This document shows positions 34,900 through 45,166 of a stretch of 64,000 nt of DNA, one piece after another. Under the pieces are notes generated by a model. The model saw nothing but the letters and a program-made list of their open reading frames with translations. It was not told the origin of the DNA and ran no database searches. This stretch comes from a virus. The DNA lies in the IMG/VR virus record IMGVR_UViG_3300031975_001631. One strand, given 5' to 3'. The translations under genes and the position numbers were made by a program. The stretch's first letter is position 1. Every line of letters begins with the position of its first letter.

Positions 34900-35550
34900 T
34901 TAGAGACTTGACAGGAAATTATTGAACAGTGCCAACTTGTTTTCTTCAAGTGCTTTTTGATCGACCAAGGTATTAATTTGCTTGTAGGTCTTCTCTACAA
35001 GCCTTTCTCTGACGATTCCACCATCCATTACCCAGTCTTTTCCTTCCATAATTCCTGATACAAATGCATCAGGTGCGGATGGATCTGCTACAATATCTGC
35101 AGCAGTTGCAAGCATAAAATCGTTTGAGACGACTTTAATACCATTCTCATTTACCGCTAAAGTTCCAAGTCCACGGGAAGAAACACCCAACTTTACACCT
35201 TCATCGATAAGATTTTGTGCGATCTTACCCATGGGGGTATTGAGAATTTTAGCTTTACCTATAAAATTAGTTCCCTCTTCTCTGAGAGATGTAATTTTAT
35301 GAGATACTCGATCCAGGTTGAGAGTAGGTCCTTCGGGATGACCGAGTTCACCAAGAGCTCTGCCTTTGCTGACAAAACTTTCGTTGTAACGACATACTTC
35401 TCTGCGAAGAGTATCCATAGGATACATCCGACCATTTCGGTTCTGAATGTCTCCCTGAAGGAATACTCCTTCGATGAACATAGATTTCTTACCGTTGCGT
35501 TCTTCAACGATAAGTTCGACCTGTTCGATTTCTTCCGTGATCAGTTTCAT
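34900..35550 (-). CDS. gp21: Prohead protease gp21
   Basis: NRNGRMY, GELGHP, GVSSRGLG, DIVADPSAPDAFV. Confidence 0.97.
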   Translation of the reverse strand: MKLITEEIEQVELIVEERNGKKSMFIEGVFLQGDIQNRNGRMYPMDTLRREVCRYNESFVSKGRALGELGHPEGPTLNLDRVSHKITSLREEGTNFIGKAKILNTPMGKIAQNLIDEGVKLGVSSRGLGTLAVNENGIKVVSNDFMLATAADIVADPSAPDAFVSGIMEGKDWVMDGGIVRERLVEKTYKQINTLVDQKALEENKLALFNNFLSSL

Positions 35551-35554
35551 TTGA

Positions 35555-35821
35555 TTACCCTGTGAATCCTACTTTAGCTACTTTAAGTGCTCCTCCAATG
35601 CCATAGATAATATCAGAGGCTTTCTTTTCGATCAATTCAGATGTATTGTTAAGCATGGTAATAGAACCAATGCCAGAAAAAGAAGAATCCTGAACATGAA
35701 GAACAACGGTACTACCAGAGTCATTTAATACTCTGACAACAGTAGCGTTACCTACGGAAGTACTATTACCAATACCAGCTGCCAGCGGAGTTTCCGCAGC
35801 AAGGATTAAAGTTCTTGCCAT
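35555..35821 (-). CDS. Hypothetical protein in the head module
   Basis: 88 aa, flush between neighbours. Confidence 0.8.
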   Translation of the reverse strand: MARTLILAAETPLAAGIGNSTSVGNATVVRVLNDSGSTVVLHVQDSSFSGIGSITMLNNTSELIEKKASDIIYGIGGALKVAKVGFTG

Positions 35822-35988
35822 TATTCTTCCTCAGTTTCTTGTGATGGTTCACCAAACAAACTAGCTGCAGTTGGTTGACGCAAAGCATCTACTTTAGAAG
35901 CAGCTTTTTGGTAAAGGAGATCTTTAATTTGGTCGCTAATATTCACAGCAGACGAATCCGTCGCAATCATATTTACTAGCTCTTCCAT
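35821..35988 (-). CDS. Small prohead core protein (gp67/68 position)
   Basis: Hand translation MEELVNMIATDSSAVNISDQIKDLLYQKAASKVDALR...; 55 aa directly after the portal gene. Confidence 0.7.
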   Translation of the reverse strand: MEELVNMIATDSSAVNISDQIKDLLYQKAASKVDALRQPTAASLFGEPSQETEEE

Positions 35989-36017
35989 GGATATAAGTCA
36001 GATATATAACTTATTTA

Positions 36018-37676
36018 TCAGATTTCCCCTTCTGATGCTTTTGGTAATTGGGGTTGTGGAGCTTGACCTGGCAATGCATTGGGATCTTCTTGCCCTTGCA
36101 GCATTGGGTCTCCTGCTTCCATCTCAAGCATTTGTTGATTTGGATCTGGGAGAACCCCAGACGCAATTTCCTCTTCAATTTGTTGATCAATCTCAACAAT
36201 TTCTTGATCTCTTTGACGCAGAACTTGACGACGGATGTACTCCGTGGAGTAATAGCGACCAGCATAAGGTTCAATCATTGCAAGAAGTCCAAGACGGCCT
36301 TCAAGTAATTCTTTGTCCTTAAGCTCTGCAAAGTGATTATCATATAAGAAGTCAAACTGAATGTGCTCAGACATCACTTCCCAATCTGAGGGAGTAACAA
36401 TATTCTTAAGAAGCAATTGTGTCTTGAGCATATCCATAAACATTGCACTAAAACGCTTACGGAGACGACCAACAAACTTAGAGAACTTCAGTTCATCTCT
36501 TAAAATTTCAGAAGAACGACCTAGATTGAAACCGTCACCAGAACCAGCGATTCTAGATTCAGGCACACCTAAAGATCTATAGAGTTTGGATTGGAAGTAT
36601 TCAATATCAGCAAGTTCGCCAAGATTTTGACCACCAGGAAGTGTGGTAATTTCTGTGCCACGACCACCCTCACGGCGAGGAAGCCAGAAGTCTTCCAGCA
36701 TACTCATCATTTTTTTGTCGTCACGAATCTCACCGCTGTTGGAATCATACACCAACTTATTACGGTAGCGCATCATTACTTCACGGAGGTATTGCTCTGC
36801 TTTTACCTTAGGAAGATTGCCAACATCAATGTAGAAAATACGGCGCTCTGGTGCGCGTGACAATCTATAGATGACAAGAGAATCTTCAATCATTCTAAGT
36901 TGATTGAGAGACTTGATTGCCTTATGAAGATAAGAAAGTCCTGATCCTTTGTTTCTATCTACAAGACCAGAAGTGCAATATGTAATTGCATCTTTTGTGA
37001 TCTTTACTCCCTTCATTGCGGTGCTTCCGCCAGGAGTTGCAATATTTGTTGGGTACTGAGGTTTGGGAGTATACATGAAATACTCTTCAATCTCAGGGAA
37101 GGCTACTCTTTGCTCTTCTCTTTCGCCTCTACTTGTAAAAATATCATTTCTATCATTTGGTCCTTTCTTCTCTTTACGAACATAGCGCATTTTGAGAGGA
37201 TCAATATATCTAAGCTCTTGAATACCTTCTTGTGGATTTTGAATGTCAATTACTTTATTATAGTATAGTCTACCATCAACATACCAATTTCTAAAAATCT
37301 CATGAGACTTGAGATCAAAGTCTAAAAGATCTTTAATGTGCTTAAATTCTTTGCGGATAATATTTTTAATACCATCACTCGCATTAAGATTTTCTAGATC
37401 AATCTCTACCGGAGAATCATTTTGATCTGAAACAATAGCTTCATTTACAACATCTTCGATTGCATTATCCACCTCTGGGTGGAGAGACATCTCTCTATAT
37501 CTTCTAATCAGTTCATGTTCTGATTTGTAGATTCCTTCAATATCTACAACTTGACTAGAAAAACCCCCTTGGATATAGTAATCAGCCCCACCCTCACCTG
37601 TAGTGGGAATGGGACTGACTACACCCTTGGGGGTCTTTTCATTATCTTCAATAGAAAATCCGAAGAGTTTCGACAT
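36018..37676 (-). CDS. gp20: Portal protein gp20
   Basis: WYVDGR, RAPERRIFYIDVGNLPK, EDFWLPRREGGRGTEI. Confidence 0.98.
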   Translation of the reverse strand: MSKLFGFSIEDNEKTPKGVVSPIPTTGEGGADYYIQGGFSSQVVDIEGIYKSEHELIRRYREMSLHPEVDNAIEDVVNEAIVSDQNDSPVEIDLENLNASDGIKNIIRKEFKHIKDLLDFDLKSHEIFRNWYVDGRLYYNKVIDIQNPQEGIQELRYIDPLKMRYVRKEKKGPNDRNDIFTSRGEREEQRVAFPEIEEYFMYTPKPQYPTNIATPGGSTAMKGVKITKDAITYCTSGLVDRNKGSGLSYLHKAIKSLNQLRMIEDSLVIYRLSRAPERRIFYIDVGNLPKVKAEQYLREVMMRYRNKLVYDSNSGEIRDDKKMMSMLEDFWLPRREGGRGTEITTLPGGQNLGELADIEYFQSKLYRSLGVPESRIAGSGDGFNLGRSSEILRDELKFSKFVGRLRKRFSAMFMDMLKTQLLLKNIVTPSDWEVMSEHIQFDFLYDNHFAELKDKELLEGRLGLLAMIEPYAGRYYSTEYIRRQVLRQRDQEIVEIDQQIEEEIASGVLPDPNQQMLEMEAGDPMLQGQEDPNALPGQAPQPQLPKASEGEI

Positions 37677-37712
37677 TTTAAATATTTTGTCTTTGATATC
37701 AAAGACTATTTA

Positions 37713-38333
37713 TCAAGCGACATCTCCACCATTTCCGGCAGATTCCCACCACTGTACTTGAAGAGTAACTGTGAACTCTTCAACAGCGTCTGCAGAATCG
37801 TAAGATAGGTCTAACTGTGAGATGTTTGTTGGGAATACGCTATAGAACTTATAAGTTCTAAGAACAGGAAGATTTGCGTCAGATTCCTGAGAATTAGGTG
37901 CAACCGCAGATCTGCCTAATTGATAAACATAAGCATCTTTGGTATAGCTTTCAGGATTAGTAGTACCCGAATTATCAGATACTTTCGACATGGAATTCAT
38001 CCATCTCTCAAAAGAAGAGCGGATTGCAAAGTCCGTATCGTTAATAACAGTAATAGTCCATTCGTCAAAGGTTCTGTCGCCAGCGATCTTAAGAGTACGA
38101 CCTCTAAAAGGAACACTAATTGGTGCAATGTTTGACGCAGGAAGAGCAGCTGCCTTCACAAGAAATCTTGCTTTTGCATCAAGATCATTTACTGAGGAAT
38201 CTACTACTCCGTCTGGAAATGCCAAGACCACCTCAAAGAGGTTAGGTCTTGCAATACCACCAGACAGTCTTGACTTAAACTTGTCAATTGTCCTGTCTGA
38301 AGTCTTTGGGGGATTTTGTTGGTTGATAGCCAT
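37713..38333 (-). CDS. gp19: Tail tube protein gp19
   Basis: ARPNLFEV, AGDRTFDEWTITVINDTDF. Confidence 0.96.
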   Translation of the reverse strand: MAINQQNPPKTSDRTIDKFKSRLSGGIARPNLFEVVLAFPDGVVDSSVNDLDAKARFLVKAAALPASNIAPISVPFRGRTLKIAGDRTFDEWTITVINDTDFAIRSSFERWMNSMSKVSDNSGTTNPESYTKDAYVYQLGRSAVAPNSQESDANLPVLRTYKFYSVFPTNISQLDLSYDSADAVEEFTVTLQVQWWESAGNGGDVA

Positions 38334-38368
38334 TGTTTGGGTTCTCCTATGAGTTTATTATAAGGCGA

Positions 38369-40735
38369 TCAAACTCGACCAATAACTTCTTCAAAACTGA
38401 CTCCCGTGCGGGTAGCGACGAAGGTCAGACCGATGAAGTTAATCGACCTAGCAGGTTTGATAAAGATGTCAGCAACAAATTCGTTGTTGTCAATTACCGC
38501 AGCAGTGTTATTTGTTTCATCGCAAATTACGACGAAATCGGTAACACCTCTCTTAGATTGTACATCGCGAAGGAAAGGTTCAACAATGTTCAGGAAGTTG
38601 AGTCTCGTAATCTCATCGTTGAACTCAAAGAGTTGATCTCTTGCGGCGGCTGAGATTGCTTTCTCTAAGTAAATAAACAGACGACGGACATTGATTCTGT
38701 CGAATGCCGAGGATTTACCAAGAGCTGTCTTATCACCAAAGAGGATAATACCAGCACCAGGCGAGAAAATTACTGGGTTAACTCTTGCAGAGTATAACTT
38801 ATCCCTCTCAGCTTGTGAGGGAGTGTACGCTAATTTTACAGCGTTGAGGATTGCACCTCGTGTAGTTCCACCCGGTGAGAACCAGGGGAAGTTATTGATA
38901 TCATTTCTAGCGCAAAGGCCAGCAATATCACCATTAAGGGGTACATAACGGAACGCTTTACTGAAGCGATCATACATGTACTTGTAACCACTATCAAGAA
39001 TAGCGTAAGAAGATGAGGTTACTGAAGAGTAGAAGGCAGTTATAGCAGAAGTAACAGTATCGGAACTTAGCGTTAGGTCTTCTCCATCTCCAGATGTAGC
39101 AAGGAATGCTTGTCTATGGGGAGAGATGCATGCAACACAATCTTTTCTAATTTCTGCGACTGCAATTAGTTTATTTGCAAGAGCTTGTGATGCCTCTCTA
39201 CCGTGAGCAGCAGATCCCATCATCAGGAAATCTAACTCGTATGCATCTTTATTTGCAAGAAGATCGTAACCACTAGAAAGGTCTCCTACGCTTACGCTAA
39301 GAGCACCTGTACTGTTGATTCCAGCTTTGCCGCCATAGTTAAGACCCATGGCAAATGATGCTTGATAGTTTCCGATGGAAGCGAAAGAAACATTCTCAGT
39401 ATCTTGATCCCATGCAACATCAGTCTTAGGATCAAAGTTTGCATCCAGGTCTGTTGTTACAACACCTGCGGGAGCTCCACCGCCAAATGCATACTGACTA
39501 GAAACTTCAAAAAGTTTTCTCCAGTAAGAAGAAGAACCAGCAGAGTATACTGAATCTTTTGCTTTAGATGCTGAGATATACTTCTCAAGAAGTGTACCAG
39601 CGTTGCCGGTGATTTTACCAGCGTCGTCAATCAGAGCAACATGAACTTCATCGTTCTTGGCGTTTCTGGCTGCAGCGAATGCAGAAGTACCGGGTCTATC
39701 TGCAAGGGAATTCCAAGCAATTGTAGATCCATTGGTAAGAGTAATGGTTTGATTGTCGAACCAATCGGTAGCACCAGTGTAATCGATGTCTCCATCATAT
39801 GCTGCAGCTGCAACCCAGCGAGCATCTCCACTAGTAATACCTGCACCAGTCAGAGCTGTGAAGAAATCACTAGATGCAAAACTAGAACCGTAAGAAACTG
39901 TTCCTGATACCCAACCAAGTTTGGAAGAACCTACAGTGGATTGAACATGTAGTGAGAATGAACCAGTATTCTGGAATTCATAAACTCCACCAGGAGTATA
40001 TTCAACAGAAGTTTCTGTTCCAGCAGAACTGACATGTGATACAAGCTTAACTGAAACTTGACCAGAACCAACTTCTGTGATTACACCCTTAAGGTATCCA
40101 TCAAGCAGTGAGGTAGCGCCAACACCAGCAACAACTGTTCCAGCAGGTACTGCCTGAGTGACACCCAGACCTACAGTCAGATCAATATCTGAAATACCGT
40201 TTTCGTATCCGGCAACAGCAGCAAGACCGCCATTAGCAGTAGAAGAAAATCCAAGAATAGCACTAGTGTCAACACCAGTGATGATTTGATCTGCAAGACT
40301 GTCTAGGATGGCAACCTTAATTCCATTTGCCCAGGAACCAGGGTTTCTAGCAGCAACAACAACATTAGTAATGTTGTTTTCAGAATATCCTTTGTTGATA
40401 TAATCGTCTACGCTTTTAATCGTGACGCTGCTAGCAGTACCAACAAAGGAGTTCTTGAGCTCTGTATCGTTAGATCTAACAACGCGAAGTACGCCGCCAT
40501 ATGCTAGGTACGATGAAGCTGTCAACCAATATTCGTAGTGGTTGCTGTCTTTGTATGGTGAACCGAAGGTCTCTAGAAGATCCGCCTCGGTTTCGATAAG
40601 TGTGGGTTTCTCGACTGGTCCTTTTGCAAAGGGAGCTACGATACCTGCAGCTAGAGTAGAAGTGGGGTCTACTCTACCTTGGGTTAGGTCAACTTCCTTT
40701 ACGACAATTCCAGGAGATGCTAGGTTGAGCGGCAT
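38369..40735 (-). CDS. gp18: Tail sheath protein gp18
   Basis: SPGIVVKEVDLT, PWFSPGG, RINVRRLF, KPARSINFI. Confidence 0.97.
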   Translation of the reverse strand: MPLNLASPGIVVKEVDLTQGRVDPTSTLAAGIVAPFAKGPVEKPTLIETEADLLETFGSPYKDSNHYEYWLTASSYLAYGGVLRVVRSNDTELKNSFVGTASSVTIKSVDDYINKGYSENNITNVVVAARNPGSWANGIKVAILDSLADQIITGVDTSAILGFSSTANGGLAAVAGYENGISDIDLTVGLGVTQAVPAGTVVAGVGATSLLDGYLKGVITEVGSGQVSVKLVSHVSSAGTETSVEYTPGGVYEFQNTGSFSLHVQSTVGSSKLGWVSGTVSYGSSFASSDFFTALTGAGITSGDARWVAAAAYDGDIDYTGATDWFDNQTITLTNGSTIAWNSLADRPGTSAFAAARNAKNDEVHVALIDDAGKITGNAGTLLEKYISASKAKDSVYSAGSSSYWRKLFEVSSQYAFGGGAPAGVVTTDLDANFDPKTDVAWDQDTENVSFASIGNYQASFAMGLNYGGKAGINSTGALSVSVGDLSSGYDLLANKDAYELDFLMMGSAAHGREASQALANKLIAVAEIRKDCVACISPHRQAFLATSGDGEDLTLSSDTVTSAITAFYSSVTSSSYAILDSGYKYMYDRFSKAFRYVPLNGDIAGLCARNDINNFPWFSPGGTTRGAILNAVKLAYTPSQAERDKLYSARVNPVIFSPGAGIILFGDKTALGKSSAFDRINVRRLFIYLEKAISAAARDQLFEFNDEITRLNFLNIVEPFLRDVQSKRGVTDFVVICDETNNTAAVIDNNEFVADIFIKPARSINFIGLTFVATRTGVSFEEVIGRV

Positions 40736-40817
40736 CTTTAACTCCCAATAGAATCCAATTTTGTCTACTAATATTTAGAGTTTAGACCTTTTTGAGTGGG
40801 GAAACCATACATGAACA

Positions 40818-41063
40818 CTACCAATCTGGATAGCACCAATACAATAATTTATCTTTTTGTTTCCTTGTCATAACTACTCTTTCTTTAGTGCATGACTTGC
40901 ATTCATATGAATATGCTGATGGAGAATCTCCTCTATCTTTATGAGTTCTATAAAAATCATTCATCAAATCTTTCATCTTATTGCAAGTCCTACATTTCCT
41001 CTCAGAAAGGTATAGATGACCTAATTCAAATTCATCATCTATTTCCATCAGTTGTAATCCCAC
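40818..41063 (-). CDS. Small CxxC...CxxC zinc-binding protein
   Basis: CRTC...FY...YECKSC. Confidence 0.65.
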   Translation of the reverse strand: MGLQLMEIDDEFELGHLYLSERKCRTCNKMKDLMNDFYRTHKDRGDSPSAYSYECKSCTKERVVMTRKQKDKLLYWCYPDW

Positions 41064-42712
41064 ATGTAAGACATATCACCATATGTTGATGACATCTCCT
41101 TATCTACAGTCCACCTATCTCCACCTTCAACAAATGTCTCATCATCTAATCCATCACTGATAAATCCAAAAGGTGCCATATCTTGTTCGATCTGATCTTT
41201 CTGATCTTCATAGATTCTCTTGCGGACATCATTGTCCGTCATCTCTCTGAAGTAATCTTGAGCTACTAACCATGCAAAAATAACTAAACACATTGCAAGG
41301 TCATCGTGGCATCCATCTTCCGCTTCCCACGACTGTTTCTTCTGGATGAATGTCGTCAATTCTGCAATGATATCATAATCACTGGTTACGAGTTTATCTT
41401 CTTCTATTAATGCCTTTAGATTTGAGCAACCAGTCTTCTTTACAGCAGCGGTCATTCGGACACCCAGTTGGGTTTTCTTACCACTGAAACCTGTACCTAC
41501 TTGTTGACCTGCTCTACCTCTCATAGAGCACATCAGCATATTCTCATATTCTAGATCGTATTGTAAAATTGATGAAACCTGTTCTCCAATATCATTAACC
41601 TCAACCAATACATAAGCATTGTTATAAGCTTTCGCCATATCCAAAATAATATTTGGGAATAGCATGGGCTTAATTTCATTATTCTTATATCTTGCTACAG
41701 TTTTATATGGGAACTCTGAAATATCAAAAATTACAAATGCCGAATAGTCATGATCAATGCCACGCGCAGTGTCAACAGTTACGATATAATCACGATCCTT
41801 CTTTGGTTCTTCATATACCACGAGTCCCTTTCCATTGTTTTGTATTGGGTCGTCAAAAACAAGATTTCTTAATTTAGCAACACTAATAAGAGTATCAACG
41901 GATCCAAGGAATTCGCATTCAAACTCAACTTTAAACTGTTGGTCTGAGGTGTTGGCAATGGTTTGTGCCTTCCACGCTGCATCCCTACCAGGGACTTCAG
42001 ACCAGTGAACTTCTGTTGCAGTATATTCGTTTTTTCCTCTTTGTGCATCATGCCAGTATCTGTAAAAATGGTTCATGCCGTGAGGCGTTGAAACCATGAT
42101 TACCTTTGTGCTTTTACCAGAAGTAATAGTAGGATAAACAGAGGCAAAGAACGACTCTGCAATATGATTTGGAACGAACGCAAACTCATCGAGGAAGATG
42201 ATGTTAAACGACATACCTCTGACAGCACTTGCAGATGTAGATGCTGCCAATATCTTACTGCCATTTTCTAGCTCCATACTACCTTTGTTCCAGGATAGAA
42301 TACCCTGTTGCATCCACTTTGGCAAGTTCTCATATGCAGTTTGTAACCTACTTAAAAGCTCTCTTGCTGTTGCTGCTTTGTTGGCAAGTATACCAACATT
42401 GACACTATCATTAAAAACAATAAAATGTAAAAGATAAGATACGCAAGTTGTAGACTTACCAGTCTGTCTTGGCATCTTACAGATATTAAATCGTTTCTCA
42501 TGGAAATTGCGAATTAATTTCTCTTGAAATCCCCACATCTTAAAAGGTACAAGACCTTCATCCAGAGAAACAATTTTTACATAGTTCTTTGCAAAATATA
42601 CTGGATCATCTTTACATTTTAAATATTCTTTGACATCTTCTTTGGAAAATTCTACAGAAGTATTTGCTTTTTTTAGGTTAGGATTACCTAAGTAAATTTC
42701 ATTTGAAGACAT
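41048..42712 (-). CDS. gp17: Terminase large subunit gp17
   Basis: PRQTGKST, FLDEFAF, STPHG, HDDLAMC. Confidence 0.98.
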   Translation of the reverse strand: MSSNEIYLGNPNLKKANTSVEFSKEDVKEYLKCKDDPVYFAKNYVKIVSLDEGLVPFKMWGFQEKLIRNFHEKRFNICKMPRQTGKSTTCVSYLLHFIVFNDSVNVGILANKAATARELLSRLQTAYENLPKWMQQGILSWNKGSMELENGSKILAASTSASAVRGMSFNIIFLDEFAFVPNHIAESFFASVYPTITSGKSTKVIMVSTPHGMNHFYRYWHDAQRGKNEYTATEVHWSEVPGRDAAWKAQTIANTSDQQFKVEFECEFLGSVDTLISVAKLRNLVFDDPIQNNGKGLVVYEEPKKDRDYIVTVDTARGIDHDYSAFVIFDISEFPYKTVARYKNNEIKPMLFPNIILDMAKAYNNAYVLVEVNDIGEQVSSILQYDLEYENMLMCSMRGRAGQQVGTGFSGKKTQLGVRMTAAVKKTGCSNLKALIEEDKLVTSDYDIIAELTTFIQKKQSWEAEDGCHDDLAMCLVIFAWLVAQDYFREMTDNDVRKRIYEDQKDQIEQDMAPFGFISDGLDDETFVEGGDRWTVDKEMSSTYGDMSYMWDYN

Positions 42713-42795
42713 TATTTTCTATAAGGTAGTGGCCAAGTAATGTGCATTGCAAAACATAGCAATGAGACAAAAGAAAATACAAATACTGCGCTCAT
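42712..42795 (-). CDS. 27-aa single-TM peptide
   Basis: MSAVFVFSFVSLLCFAMHITWPLPYRK; overlaps both neighbours (ATGA and TAATG). Confidence 0.6.
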   Translation of the reverse strand: MSAVFVFSFVSLLCFAMHITWPLPYRK

Positions 42796-42968
42796 GATCT
42801 TGGCTTAGAATCGGGACTGGGGATTAATTGATATGCCATTTTGTCTCTTAATTTATTTACACGCTCTTCGTTGTACTGCTTGAAGTTTCCTCGCTTCTCA
42901 ACTTTCTTGTAGTAATGTAATGCATTAAGGATGATAGCATAGTCATCCATATCTAATTCAAAATTCAT
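42792..42968 (-). CDS. Small hypothetical protein
   Basis: Likely start MNFELDMDDY. Confidence 0.7.
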   Translation of the reverse strand: MNFELDMDDYAIILNALHYYKKVEKRGNFKQYNEERVNKLRDKMAYQLIPSPDSKPRS

Positions 42969-43051
42969 AGTTGATATCACATGTTAGTTCGCATTTTTCT
43001 CCTCCAAACTCAGAGTCTGGGATAAAGACACTAGATCCACAGACAACACTT

Positions 43052-43510
43052 CTACACCATCGTGCCGTGTGCCCTTCTGATTTCTCTGAGTGCTTCAAGG
43101 TCCATGTTTTTTGTTCCTCCGTCATAAGCATGAGCATAACCCTCCTCAATCATTTGCTCGTTAAGGGACACACTGTCGTCCCCAATGTAAAGCCAACCCA
43201 GAAGACGCCCGTATTTGCCAGTGCCACCAACAAGTTCAGTCCTAACAGACAACTCATCATCACCAGCCAAAGTGCCTTCGAGTTTTTCTTTGAGCCAGTT
43301 GGTTGCGTCGATTCCAAGTGCCTTCTCCTCTAAGTTTCTGGTCCTCTTCTCTGGCGTATCAACTCCTGCAACTCTAACTCTTTCTTTCTTGTATAGATCA
43401 AACCCGAGGTCGATAGTAACATCAATAGTATCACCATCAAGGACACGATTGATCTCCGTCACTCGGAAGTTGTAGCAACTCTTCCTGCTCGGTGGTGTCA
43501 TGGCTCCCAT
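43052..43510 (-). CDS. Thermonuclease (SNase)-like nuclease
   Basis: RVLDGDTIDV...RVRVAGVDTPE...GKYGRLLG...LNEQMIEEGYA. Confidence 0.85.
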   Translation of the reverse strand: MGAMTPPSRKSCYNFRVTEINRVLDGDTIDVTIDLGFDLYKKERVRVAGVDTPEKRTRNLEEKALGIDATNWLKEKLEGTLAGDDELSVRTELVGGTGKYGRLLGWLYIGDDSVSLNEQMIEEGYAHAYDGGTKNMDLEALREIRRAHGTMV

Positions 43511-43640
43511 TTTCTTTTTCGTCGATTCCTAGTATATAGTAAATGACATAAAGAGCCATACAAACAGAAAGAAATACCATAAAGATCACCGACCATACAG
43601 GATCGTTTACATTAGTATGTGGTTGTAATAGTAAATTCAT
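43437..43640 (-). CDS. Small membrane protein
   Basis: DPVWSVIFMVFLSVCMALYVIYYILG TM segment. Confidence 0.65.
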   Translation of the reverse strand: MNLLLQPHTNVNDPVWSVIFMVFLSVCMALYVIYYILGIDEKENGSHDTTEQEELLQLPSDGDQSCP

Positions 43641-44020
43641 GATTTTAACCACCTAAGTCTAGAAGTATCTTTCCGTTTTTCTTTCATTAGAAATCTATTA
43701 ACAGAGAGTAAAGACTTCCCACCATGCTCCTTAATTTTAACACGCTTATTCTTATGATCACCACCAAATAATTTACCATAGGTCATCACTGGTTTAGGAT
43801 CTTTAAATGTTTTGGGGTCAGACAGTTCAAGATTTCTCTTCAAAAGTTTTTTAACTCTTGAAGTCTGCTCTACATTTTCTGGGAATTGTTTATTAACATA
43901 ATCCTTTCCTAAATTCAATCTATGTTGAAGCATTACATCTTTATCAAAATCAAAGAGAACTTCTATATCCTCAATAGTAATATTTTCTGCTGTTATTTTT
44001 TTACCGTTATATTCTATCAT
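43637..44020 (-). CDS. Lys-rich hypothetical protein
   Basis: 127 aa, tightly packed in the late block. Confidence 0.7.
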   Translation of the reverse strand: MIEYNGKKITAENITIEDIEVLFDFDKDVMLQHRLNLGKDYVNKQFPENVEQTSRVKKLLKRNLELSDPKTFKDPKPVMTYGKLFGGDHKNKRVKIKEHGGKSLLSVNRFLMKEKRKDTSRLRWLKS

Positions 44021-44021
44021 T

Positions 44022-44969
44022 TTAAACTAGCGGAAGTCCTAAACCTTGAAGTTTGCGACGATTATTAGATCCAGGTTTAGCCCAGTCACTTAATCCCTTT
44101 ATAATGTTTTGCTTCATGTAAGCAGGAGTTGCTGGACTTTTATATTCATTAATCATTTCCCAAAGAGTATCAGGACCCATAGCGATTGGTCCTGGATAAT
44201 AATTTGGATCGCCAATACCATCCCGACTTATAACCGAAGCGACTCTTTTTGATTGTGATCTTACACCTACATCAGTCATTACTGGATTTCCTTTGGGAAT
44301 CCCACTCCCATCAACTGGAATCAATAATGTATACGGATATAAAACTCTTGATGCATGGGGTGCAACATTACTTGTACCAGGTGGGTAATATGCGGCACCC
44401 CCTCTGCACTGACCAAGCAAACAATCTATACCCGACCACATGTAAATTGTTTTTTGTGTAAAATTTCCTTCTGTGTAAGCTTGAGCAAATTTTCTAGCAA
44501 ACTCATTATAACTTACACCAAAAACATTACTCAATTGATATACATGGTTATACCCATTCTCATTAATATACCCAAGAGAAGTTCCAGTCAATGCCATACT
44601 ACCAGAAAATGCCATAGCATATGGTGTTCCAATATACTTACTGCCGTCACTGGTTTCAATTTGAGGCATTTCTAATCTAGGTTGGGTAACCCCATTAATA
44701 TCTGTAGTCTGCAATTGACTAAGATTTGGAAGAACACCCGGAGTACCATCTCCTTGAGCTGCACTATCCCATACAAAAGAACTTAGGTCAGAAAAATCAC
44801 CAAGAGGTGCTGGCTCAAATGTTGGTCCAACCTCAAGCACTTCGGGGGATGTATCCACTACAGAATACATACCGGCTGTTACCATCTTCTCTTTAAGAAA
44901 AGCAATCTTCTCATCAATTTTAACAAGTGGTTTTGTGTATTGTATTGCTTTTTGATACCTATTCATCAC
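44022..44969 (-). CDS. Hypothetical late protein
   Basis: 315 aa; CTAAATA about 20 nt upstream. Confidence 0.75.
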   Translation of the reverse strand: MMNRYQKAIQYTKPLVKIDEKIAFLKEKMVTAGMYSVVDTSPEVLEVGPTFEPAPLGDFSDLSSFVWDSAAQGDGTPGVLPNLSQLQTTDINGVTQPRLEMPQIETSDGSKYIGTPYAMAFSGSMALTGTSLGYINENGYNHVYQLSNVFGVSYNEFARKFAQAYTEGNFTQKTIYMWSGIDCLLGQCRGGAAYYPPGTSNVAPHASRVLYPYTLLIPVDGSGIPKGNPVMTDVGVRSQSKRVASVISRDGIGDPNYYPGPIAMGPDTLWEMINEYKSPATPAYMKQNIIKGLSDWAKPGSNNRRKLQGLGLPLV

Positions 44970-44986
44970 AACAAGTGACTTTATAA

Positions 44987-45166
44987 TTATTTAGATACCC
45001 TTCTAGTTTTATTGAATGGTTCCCAGTGCTGCCATCCATACCTATGTACTAAATCCATCCCTACAATAGGTACAACAATTAGTGCAAGACTTAATGCACC
45101 AACTCCAAAAGGGTTATTGAGTGTAGCAGCAGCAAAGTGTGCTGCCTTGAGGGCTATATTGGTCAT
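44987..45166 (-). CDS. Small membrane protein (59 aa)
   Basis: Hand translation MTNIALKAAHFAAATLNNPFGVGALSLALIVVPIVGMDLVHRYGWQHWEPFNKTRRVSK. Confidence 0.65.
   Translation of the reverse strand: MTNIALKAAHFAAATLNNPFGVGALSLALIVVPIVGMDLVHRYGWQHWEPFNKTRRVSK

Noticed and set aside
8114-42712. Introns, inteins or stop-codon recoding in gp43, gp46, gp17, gp20 and gp23
   Set aside because: All are continuous, of expected length, and end at standard stops.
42958-43149. Cys-containing ORF overlapping the SNase gene
   Set aside because: Start lies deep inside the nuclease gene. The 3' part fills a gap and could be real, but I found no credible start.
43637-44969. Programmed frameshift joining the 315-aa and 127-aa ORFs
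   Set aside because: Clean stop followed by ATG after 1 nt; no convincing slippery site seen.
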